Positions 9,376-16,664 of a stretch of 64,000 bases of DNA are shown here, piece after piece; the first letter of the stretch is position 1; each line of letters opens with the position of its first letter. The stretch lies in NCBI GenBank assembly GCA_945787555.1, contig CALZJG010000155.1:24015-88014 (forward strand). The letters run 5' to 3'. Position numbers and translations under genes: made by a program. Below the pieces are notes generated by a model. The model saw nothing but the letters and a program-made list of their open reading frames with translations, made no database searches and had not been told where the DNA came from. Source of the stretch: an uncultured Chromatiaceae bacterium. GTDB taxonomy: Bacteria > Pseudomonadota > Gammaproteobacteria > DRLM01.

Positions 9376-10272
9376 ATGATTATGCGTGATGTGGAATTGA
9401 TTGGTATTGCCTCCGGGTGGGGGGCGCCCGACCCGGGATGTGCGGATGGACCGCGGGCGCTGCGTGATGCCGCGCCGCTGGTCTGCGTTTTGCCGCCACG
9501 CAGGGGGTTTTCCGTATTGTTGCAACCGCAGGATGAGCCGGGAGAGACTTCAGATTTGGGCCAGGTGGCCGCGTTGGCGAGGCGTTTGGCGGAAACGGTA
9601 AGCTACTCGCTGTTGCGGCAGCGCTTTCCGGTGGTGATCGGCGGCGATCATGCCTGCGCCATCGGGACCTGGAGTGGCGCGCACGCCGCGCTGGCCCAGC
9701 AGCAGGAGAGTCTGGGGCTGTTGTGGGTCGACGCTCATATGGACGCGCATGTGCCCGCCACCAGTCCCAGCGGTGCTTTGCACGGCATGCCGCTGGCCTG
9801 TTTGTTGGGCGAGGGGGATGCGACCTTGATCTCCGTGGCCGGCGCGGCGCCGAAGTTGTTGCCCGAACGAGTATGCGTAATTGGCGTACGCAGCTATGAA
9901 CCGGGCGAGCGGGAATTACTGCAGCGCTTGGGGGTGAAAGTCTTCTATATGGAAGAAATCCAGCGGCGCGGTTTCGCCGCCGTGTGGCGTGAGGCGCTCG
10001 AACATGTGCGTGCGCATAGCACGGTGTATGGGCTCACCATCGATGTCGACGCCTTGGATCCGCGCGATGCGCCCGGCGTGGGCAGTCCGGAGCCCGATGG
10101 CATCGCTGCGGTGGATTTAGTGGCGGAAGTGCGCGCCTTGGCTGCCGACGAGCGCCTATGTGCGTTGGAGATTGCTGAATTCAACCCCCATCACGACCGA
10201 GAAGACCGTACCTTGCGCGTGGTGCGCGAGCTGATTTGCGCCGTAACCGGAAAGGATGAACATGACCGATAG
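9376..10272 (+). CDS. rocF: Arginase
   Basis: GGDHAC, WVDAHMD, SGALHGMP, IDVDALDP, EFNP; sits upstream of ornithine aminotransferase. Confidence 0.88.
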   Translation: MIMRDVELIGIASGWGAPDPGCADGPRALRDAAPLVCVLPPRRGFSVLLQPQDEPGETSDLGQVAALARRLAETVSYSLLRQRFPVVIGGDHACAIGTWSGAHAALAQQQESLGLLWVDAHMDAHVPATSPSGALHGMPLACLLGEGDATLISVAGAAPKLLPERVCVIGVRSYEPGERELLQRLGVKVFYMEEIQRRGFAAVWREALEHVRAHSTVYGLTIDVDALDPRDAPGVGSPEPDGIAAVDLVAEVRALAADERLCALEIAEFNPHHDREDRTLRVVRELICAVTGKDEHDR

Positions 10273-11467
10273 CATAGAGCTGGAGCAGCATTATTGCGCG
10301 CACAATTACGCGCCGTTACCGGTGGTACTGGTGCGCGGCGAGGGCGTCTACGTATGGGATGAGAGTGGCAAGCGTTATCTCGACATGATGAGCGCCTATT
10401 CGGCGGTGAGCCATGGCCACTGTCATCCGCGTCTGGTGCGGGCCCTGACCGAACAGGCGCAACGTTTGGCGGTGGTGTCGCGGGCGTTTTATTCCGACCG
10501 TCTTGCGCCATTCTTGCAGCGCATTTGCGCACTTACCGGGCAGGATATGGCATTGCCCATGAACACCGGTGCCGAAGCGGTGGAAACGGCCATCAAGGCG
10601 GCGCGCAAATGGGCTTACACGGTCAAGGGCGTCACGCCCGAGCGCGCTGAGATCATCGCCTGCGACGGTAATTTTCACGGTCGCACACTGGCCATCGTTG
10701 CGATGTCTTCGGAGCTGCAATACCGCGAGGGCTTTGGACCGTTCCCGCCGGGCTTCACGCGCATCCCCTATGGCGACGTGGCGGCTTTGGAAGAGGCCAT
10801 CACGCCCAATACGGCTGCATTTCTGGTCGAGCCCATACAAGGCGAGGGGGGGATTATCGTGCCGCGCCCGGGTTACCTCGCCGAGTGCGCCCGCCTGTGC
10901 AAGCGCCATGATGTGCTGCTGATTTGCGATGAAATCCAGTCCGGCTTGGGGCGTACGGGGGCCATGTTGGCCTGTGAGCATGAGGGCGTTAAACCGGACG
11001 GCTTGGTGCTGGGTAAGGCGCTGGGCGGCGGATTGCTGCCCGTATCCGTGTTTCTCGCCCGTCGCGATGTGATGGAGGTCTTTCATCCCGGCGACCATGG
11101 CAGTACTTTCGGCGGCAACCCGCTCGCGGCCGCCGTCGCCTTGGCCGCGCTCGAGGTGTTGAATGAAGAGCGCTTGGTCCAGCGTGCCGCTGAACTGGGC
11201 GCCTATTTTATGTCGAAACTCAGTGCTTTACGCAGTCCCTTGGTGCGCGAGGTGCGTGGTAAGGGATTGTTGATCGGCATGGACATGGACCCGGCGAAGG
11301 TGTCGGCGCGCGCGGTGTGCGAGGCATTGATGCAGCGTGGCGTACTGAGTAAGGAGACCCACGATACCGTGGTGCGCTTTGCGCCGCCATTGGTGATCAC
11401 GCCGGAGCAGATCGATGACGCGCTCACTCAAATCCGCGCGGTATTGCAGGACTTGGCAGCGGGCTAA
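10262..11467 (+). CDS. rocD: Ornithine--oxo-acid aminotransferase
   Basis: [65 protein letters not shown]. Confidence 0.92.
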   Translation: MTDSIELEQHYCAHNYAPLPVVLVRGEGVYVWDESGKRYLDMMSAYSAVSHGHCHPRLVRALTEQAQRLAVVSRAFYSDRLAPFLQRICALTGQDMALPMNTGAEAVETAIKAARKWAYTVKGVTPERAEIIACDGNFHGRTLAIVAMSSELQYREGFGPFPPGFTRIPYGDVAALEEAITPNTAAFLVEPIQGEGGIIVPRPGYLAECARLCKRHDVLLICDEIQSGLGRTGAMLACEHEGVKPDGLVLGKALGGGLLPVSVFLARRDVMEVFHPGDHGSTFGGNPLAAAVALAALEVLNEERLVQRAAELGAYFMSKLSALRSPLVREVRGKGLLIGMDMDPAKVSARAVCEALMQRGVLSKETHDTVVRFAPPLVITPEQIDDALTQIRAVLQDLAAG

Positions 11468-11480
11468 AGGAATGCTTGTT

Positions 11481-11496
11481 TGGCATGTGCCTTGCA
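11481..11496 (+). promoter_or_regulatory. sigma54 promoter for the PilZ gene
   Basis: TGGCATGTGCCTTGCA (GG-N10-GC with TTGCA). Confidence 0.75.
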
Positions 11497-11583
11497 ACAG
11501 GAGCTGAAGTCGGAAGTTATGAGTCAGTATTCCGACACTGCGTTATAGTGAGTTAGAGTCGCCAGTTAAGGAGGGTTGGAGAC

Positions 11584-11970
11584 ATGTTCAACGAAAGCCG
11601 GGGAAACATCCGCTTGCCGATACCTAAATATTACACCGGCGGCAGCTTTCATTTAATAGACGGTGAGCGTGAGTATCATTACATCCGCGCCAATGATGTG
11701 TGTGTGTCTGGTGTGGGTCTTGATGTGCCCTCTTCGCTGGATCGCGGCAAAACGGTGAAGCTGCGTTTTGCCATGGAAGGTTGGCGCGCCGATCTGGATG
11801 GCATCGTAATGTGGTGCGCGCGCGCCGATCGCGTGGGCGTAAGCATGCGCAGTTACGAGAACTATCGTGTAGGTATCAGGTTGGATCCTACCCATGCTCA
11901 GGACAACGCCATGTTGTTTCTCACACTCAAGGACAGCTTGGAGGAGCAGCGTCCCGGCCCGCGCGTGTAG
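11584..11970 (+). CDS. Single-domain PilZ protein
   Basis: RGNIR (RxxxR), DVCVSG (D/NxSxxG-like), G.V.WC and YRVGI; AAGGAGG RBS. Confidence 0.7.
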   Translation: MFNESRGNIRLPIPKYYTGGSFHLIDGEREYHYIRANDVCVSGVGLDVPSSLDRGKTVKLRFAMEGWRADLDGIVMWCARADRVGVSMRSYENYRVGIRLDPTHAQDNAMLFLTLKDSLEEQRPGPRV

Positions 11971-12151
11971 TCCCATTGCGCGAGATTAGGCGCTGTGTTG
12001 TTCGCCGAGGCGAGGGCGCCTGTGGCGTTGCGGTCCGGCATATTAAGCTCATGACTTTCGTGTATACGGCGCTTTATTGCCGATTCACGTCTGGCCGCAG
12101 CCGGCTGATCAATAGGCGGAAGGTCAAGGCAGCGGGGCGACTCTAACCATC

Positions 12152-12184
12152 AAAAAATGGCGCGCGACCCTGAGGACGCGCGCC
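12152..12184 (-). terminator. Intrinsic terminator downstream of the CsrA-like gene
   Basis: GGCGCGCG/CGCGCGCC stem with an A6 run on the left (U-tract on the minus strand). Confidence 0.6.
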
Positions 12185-12199
12185 TATCCCCCCTCTCAT

Positions 12200-12400
12200 C
12201 TATCTCCCCTCCGGTTGTTGCGTGACCGTCATGCGCGGATCGCAGCTGATAGCGATTTTGATCTCGTGTTCGCGCACATGGCCGATGAATATTTCGATAG
12301 GGCCCTGCTCGAACAAGTGGCGCGCGGGTAGATCGTCTGGCTGACGTTGCGGTAAGTCGATTTGCAGTGTGTGCCCCGGTTTGCAGGTGAGTATGCGCAT
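12200..12400 (-). CDS. CsrA-like (carbon storage regulator-fold) small protein, 66 aa
   Basis: MRILTCKPGHTLQI...LFEQGPIEIFIGHVREHEIKIAISCDPRMTV follows the CsrA pattern (MLILTR..GE.I / I.V......V.IGI.AP) with an insertion; it has its own promoter and terminator. Confidence 0.6.
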   Translation of the reverse strand: MRILTCKPGHTLQIDLPQRQPDDLPARHLFEQGPIEIFIGHVREHEIKIAISCDPRMTVTQQPEGR

Positions 12401-12438
12401 CGGACAGGCCCTGGTTGTATGAGTTGGGATGTCGGTCC

Positions 12439-12468
12439 AGCATAAAGAATAACCAGTATCGCTGTCAA
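12439..12468 (-). promoter_or_regulatory. sigma70 promoter for the CsrA-like gene
   Basis: Minus strand TTGACA (12468-12463), 18-nt spacer, TATGCT (12444-12439); a plus-strand TATAAT lies at 12473-12478. Confidence 0.55.
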
Positions 12469-12514
12469 CAGATATAATAGCAATACTATCATTGCAAGCC
12501 CGTCGCGTCTGCGA

Positions 12515-12550
12515 ATAATCAAACCACTTCATGAGATATGGTTTGATTAT
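12515..12550. promoter_or_regulatory. Perfect 12-bp inverted repeat overlapping the XRE start codon (operator or hairpin)
   Basis: ATAATCAAACCA-N12-TGGTTTGATTAT. Confidence 0.6.
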
Positions 12551-12911
12551 GGAAATCGGAGAGCGTATCGGTCAGGCGCGGGATGCGGCGTCGCTCAGCA
12601 AATCGGAGCTGGCGCGACGCATCGGCGTGCACCCCAGTGCGTGTATTCAATGGGAAGCGCTTGGCGGCACTAAGCCTACGGTGGAGCATTTGGTGCGTAT
12701 TGCAATATTGCTCGATGTGCGTTTCGAATGGTTGGCGACCGGGCGTGGCGATATGAGCTATGACCCGGGCGTGCGCGAAGAGTCTCCCTCCTATACCGCC
12801 GGCAGTGCGGACGAGGGCCGCTTGCTCGCGGTTTATCGCCGTTTGAGCGCTAAGAAAAAGAAATCCCTGCTGACATTCTTGTCCGCCCTCGCCGATGAGG
12901 ACGGCGGTTAG
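12549..12911 (+). CDS. XRE/Cro-C1 helix-turn-helix regulator (no S24 peptidase domain)
   Basis: IGERIGQARDAASLSKSELARRIGV...IQWE....KP......IA.LLDVRFEWLATGRG; alternative start at 12531. Confidence 0.85.
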   Translation: MEIGERIGQARDAASLSKSELARRIGVHPSACIQWEALGGTKPTVEHLVRIAILLDVRFEWLATGRGDMSYDPGVREESPSYTAGSADEGRLLAVYRRLSAKKKKSLLTFLSALADEDGG

Positions 12912-12916
12912 TTCCT

Positions 12917-13315
12917 TCAGCTTCCTTTGCCACGAAAGCGGATAAGCTGACGACGATTCCGTTTGCTGGGGCGTCCGTCGTGGTTAGTCGGGTGCGTCGC
13001 GATCAAGCGACGTTCCTCGGCCACGGCGGCGCGCGTCGCCTGACTGGCGGCGCTTTCCGTGTAGAGCGCCATGGCCTCGCGCGCCGGGCGGCGCGCGCGT
13101 GCGAGTGCATTAACCGTAACGATGTAGCTGTAGTGGCCTTTTCGAATGGTGAGCTCGTCGGCGAGCTTGGTGACATAGGCGGGTTTGACGCGATCTCCGT
13201 TGACATGCACTTTGCCGCCTGTAACCGCTTGCGCAGCCAAGGCACGTGTCTTGAAGAAACGCGCCGCCCACAACCATTTGTCTATGCGAACTTTGTCGTC
13301 GTCTTTAGTGTCCAT
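12917..13315 (-). CDS. hslR: Ribosome-associated heat shock protein Hsp15 (S4 domain)
   Basis: VRIDKWLWAARFFKTRALA...GGKVHVNG; GRPSKRNRRQL. Confidence 0.92.
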   Translation of the reverse strand: MDTKDDDKVRIDKWLWAARFFKTRALAAQAVTGGKVHVNGDRVKPAYVTKLADELTIRKGHYSYIVTVNALARARRPAREAMALYTESAASQATRAAVAEERRLIATHPTNHDGRPSKRNRRQLIRFRGKGS

Positions 13316-13628
13316 AAGCCGGTTGGAAAAAGTGTTGTGTCGTCAGTATAACAGTGGCCGTGGCGCGCTCAGTGTGGCGCGATGCCGCAGCCGGTGACTC
13401 TGCTTTGTAATGAAATGTAAGCAGATATGCATGATCGGAAATCGCGGCGTATACTAACAGCATCAACATGTTGGTGATGGGGGGCGCTAGGGAAGTCGCG
13501 AGGGTGTCCCCGAGGATCGAGCCGATTCAGAGACCTTGCGTGGCCTGAGTGTTGGTCGCCGCCAAGGGAGCGCACGTTCCCCGTTCGAATAACAGCTAAA
13601 GAGGTGCTGCGCGCAGTAATGACCCGAT

Positions 13629-15989
13629 ATGTACGATTCCTATTTTAATCTGCATGCTCAGCCGTTTCGGCTCTGTCCCGATCCGCGCTTTTTTTTCACC
13701 AGCACCACGCATAAGAGCGCGCTGGCCTACCTGCGTTATGGCTTGTATCAAGGCGAGGGCTTCATCATCATCACCGGCGATGCCGGTACCGGTAAGACGA
13801 TGTTGGTGCGGACCTTGTTGGCCGAGGCGGCCACCGAGAAAGTGGTGGCGGGCGAGTTGGTCACCACGCATCTCGACGCAGAGGATTTACTGCGTGCCAT
13901 CTGTGCCGCCTTTGGTCTGGTGCAAAGCGGTAGCAAAGCGAGTTTGCTGCACGGCATAGAACGTTTTCTGTACGCACGGGCGCGCGAAGGCAAGCGCGTG
14001 GTGTTGGTAGTTGATGAGGCGCACAATCTGCCGCCCGAATCCTTCGAAGAATTGCGCATGCTGTCCAATTTCCAAGTGGCCGCGCGGACCTTGCTGCAAT
14101 TTGTATTGCTCGGCCAGCAACCATTGAAGGAGGCGCTGGCCGCGGCAGGTATGGCGCAGTTGCAGCAGCGTGTCATCGCCGCTCATCATTTGGATCCGCT
14201 GGGCGCGCGCGAGACCCGGGCTTACATCGAGCATCGTTTGCGGCGCGCCGGCTGGCAGCGCGATCCGTGGTTGTCGGAGGGCGCCTATTTGTTGTTGCAT
14301 GCGGCCAGTGGTGGCATACCCCGCGTCATCAACAGTCTGTGCGATCGCCTATTATTGGCCGCCGCCCTTGAGGAGCGCCATCACCTGCAACAGGGCGAGG
14401 TGCTGGCAGTGGTTCGAGAATTGGCCGGCGAAGGCGCGGCGCCGCGCGAGTCGCAGCGGGCGGTCGAGGCGGTACTGGAGGCGGCGGCAGCCGCCGATGA
14501 GCGCTCGCCCTCGCCCCCGCCTCCGCCCGTCAAGCCGCTCGTGCAGCCACGCGAGGCGCCGATCACGCCGCCGCCCGTACCGGCTGAGGCCTCATCGTCG
14601 CCAGTATCGCCAGTATCGCCGTCGGCGAGTACCGCGCACCTCCCGCCCCCGCTGTCGATAGCGAAGTCAACCCAGCCGGATCATCCGCGACGCATGTGGC
14701 CGGCGGCGGGGGTGGGCATGGTTGTGGTCGTGCTGCTCGTCAGTCTCGCTCTGTTCGATACTGAAGAAGAGACGCTGGCCCCGTTGGTCAGCCATGACGA
14801 GTCGTTCGGCGTGACCTCCTCGGAGACGGTATCGATGCCGGAACGCGCGATTGAGCCAGCTGCCTTACCCGCTTTCCCCGATCCTAGGGTCGAGCCGGCG
14901 GCGCTGCCGTTTCACCAAGAAGAGCTCGTAATCGAGCGAGCGAGGGCCACGCTACCGGCCCTGCCCGAACTCACTCCAGGCGAACCTGCCCGAGAGTCGG
15001 TCACAGAGACTGCGGTGCCGATTGCGAACAATATCGTGGATGAGCCGCCGCCCGTTGCCGCCCCCCCGATTAAGAAGCGGGTAGCTCAGGGGGGCGCTAG
15101 CGCGCCTGAGCGACCGCCGATCATTACCGCTCGATCTCCATCGCGGGAGGTGCAAGCGAAACCGGAAGCGGAGCATAGATCAGCGCCGCCTACGGTCTTA
15201 GTGGCACGGACCAGCTCCGCCCCATCGCGGTCGGTGGCCGTGAATACGCGCATGCCCCTCGCCCAAGATCCTGTACCCAGGCCGCAGTCGGCGACGGAAA
15301 TCACTGTCTTGCCTAAGCCGCTGGCCTCGTCGGCGGGCGCCGCGTCCGATGAGTCGACGGCCCCGGCGTTAGCGGAGAGGGTGGCGTCTAATCAATCGCT
15401 ATCGCGAGAGGCGGAAACGAAACCGAAAGCGGAGCCGAGATCAGTGCCGCAGACAGCTTTAGCGGCACGGACCAGCGCCGCCACCTCGCGGTCGGTGGCC
15501 GTGAATACGCTTGTGCCCCTCGCCAAAGATCCTGTGCCGCAGCCGGCGGCGGATATCACTGTCTTGCCTCAACCCCTGGAGTCACCGGCGAGCGCCGCGA
15601 CCGATGAGTCTAACGCCCCGGCGTTATCGGAGACAGTGGCGTCTACCTTGCTGACGCGTTTTTCGCAGGCCTATGATGCGGGTGATGTCGCTCGATTGAG
15701 TGCAATGTTCTCGCGCAATGCGCGCACCAATGATGCTGATAATCGCGACGGCATCCTCAAGGCTTACCGCAAATTGTTCGGCGTCACGAATGCAAGAGAA
15801 TTAGTGTTTCGCGACATGAAATGGGAGGCGACGGGCGATCATTTGCGCGGCAAGGGTTACTTTGGTGTGACAGTGCGCGAGCGCGGCCGCCGCGATGTGC
15901 AGTCCTACACCGGCCGCGTGGAAATGCTCATGCATGCTAAACATGGTGACGCTGTTATCACGCAATTGATGCATACTTACGATCACTAA
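13629..15989 (+). CDS. ExeA/GspA-like AAA ATPase with long Pro/Ala-rich linker, TM segment and C-terminal NTF2/SnoaL-like domain
   Basis: MY..YF.L..QPF...PDPRFFF, Walker A GDAGTGKT, Walker B VVDEAHNL, LQQRV, SGGIPRVINSLCD; TM GVGMVVVVLLVSLAL. Confidence 0.8.
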   Translation: MYDSYFNLHAQPFRLCPDPRFFFTSTTHKSALAYLRYGLYQGEGFIIITGDAGTGKTMLVRTLLAEAATEKVVAGELVTTHLDAEDLLRAICAAFGLVQSGSKASLLHGIERFLYARAREGKRVVLVVDEAHNLPPESFEELRMLSNFQVAARTLLQFVLLGQQPLKEALAAAGMAQLQQRVIAAHHLDPLGARETRAYIEHRLRRAGWQRDPWLSEGAYLLLHAASGGIPRVINSLCDRLLLAAALEERHHLQQGEVLAVVRELAGEGAAPRESQRAVEAVLEAAAAADERSPSPPPPPVKPLVQPREAPITPPPVPAEASSSPVSPVSPSASTAHLPPPLSIAKSTQPDHPRRMWPAAGVGMVVVVLLVSLALFDTEEETLAPLVSHDESFGVTSSETVSMPERAIEPAALPAFPDPRVEPAALPFHQEELVIERARATLPALPELTPGEPARESVTETAVPIANNIVDEPPPVAAPPIKKRVAQGGASAPERPPIITARSPSREVQAKPEAEHRSAPPTVLVARTSSAPSRSVAVNTRMPLAQDPVPRPQSATEITVLPKPLASSAGAASDESTAPALAERVASNQSLSREAETKPKAEPRSVPQTALAARTSAATSRSVAVNTLVPLAKDPVPQPAADITVLPQPLESPASAATDESNAPALSETVASTLLTRFSQAYDAGDVARLSAMFSRNARTNDADNRDGILKAYRKLFGVTNARELVFRDMKWEATGDHLRGKGYFGVTVRERGRRDVQSYTGRVEMLMHAKHGDAVITQLMHTYDH
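15141..15645 (+). repeat. Imperfect in-frame tandem duplication (~260-bp period) inside the ExeA-like gene
   Basis: Copy 1 ~15141-15390 and copy 2 ~15402-15645; both encode ARTS..SRSVAVNT..PLA.DPVP...ITVLP.PL...A.DES.APAL.E.VAS. Confidence 0.85.
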
Positions 15990-16005
15990 CTGACCACAAG
16001 CTAGA

Positions 16006-16632
16006 ATGACTATTAAACAACAGAGGCTGTTTGACTGCCGATTGCAGATATTGATGGGGGTCGCTGGAATGTTCTTCGTGCCGCAACTGCACGCCGCCGC
16101 CTTGGGTTTGCCGGATAGCACCGCGCGGGTCGGTTATGGTATGGGCATGGCGCGCCTGGCGGTGGACGATCCCGCCGGTTCCACGCGCGACGAAGTGGTG
16201 CTGCAACCCTTCACGCTGGTTTACAGCGATTGGCTGTGGGGCGGTGTACGGCAGTGGGCCGAACTATTCTTTCAAACGGCTGAGTTGGAGGCGGATGCGC
16301 GGCACATCGGCCAAGAGGTCAATCAATATGGGGTGCGCTGGAGCGCCCAATTCAATGTGCCGATGGCCCCAGTGTGGGTGCCGTGGTTGGGAGTGGGCGT
16401 GGAGGTTACCCGTGCCGAGTATGAGCGCCGACACACCGAGGATGACGAAGGATTTTTGCTAACGAGTTATCGCGATCGCGACGACACCGGGGTGGCCGTG
16501 GTATTACATGCGGTGAGTGAATGGGCGCTGGCTCGCCAGTGGGATGTGGCCGCGAAGCTGGAGCGGGTGCAGTCCTTGGGTGGCGGTGTGGATGCGTGGT
16601 CGCTGGGAGCGGTGTTACTTTATCGATACTAA
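16006..16632 (+). CDS. Outer-membrane beta-barrel protein (start uncertain, possibly 16054)
   Basis: Signal-like N-terminus, alternating amphipathic strands, aromatic C-terminus (GAVLLYRY). Confidence 0.7.
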   Translation: MTIKQQRLFDCRLQILMGVAGMFFVPQLHAAALGLPDSTARVGYGMGMARLAVDDPAGSTRDEVVLQPFTLVYSDWLWGGVRQWAELFFQTAELEADARHIGQEVNQYGVRWSAQFNVPMAPVWVPWLGVGVEVTRAEYERRHTEDDEGFLLTSYRDRDDTGVAVVLHAVSEWALARQWDVAAKLERVQSLGGGVDAWSLGAVLLYRY

Positions 16633-16664
16633 GATGTGGACTTGCCGGGGGGCGAGGGAGCGCG

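Noticed and set aside
12200-12911. Prophage or ICE
   Set aside because: No integrase, att repeats, replication or structural genes; the flanks are ordinary chromosomal genes.
13629-15989. PEP-CTERM/exosortase system or T2SS locus
   Set aside because: The ATPase resembles that family, but no exosortase, PEP-CTERM protein or gsp structural genes are in the window.
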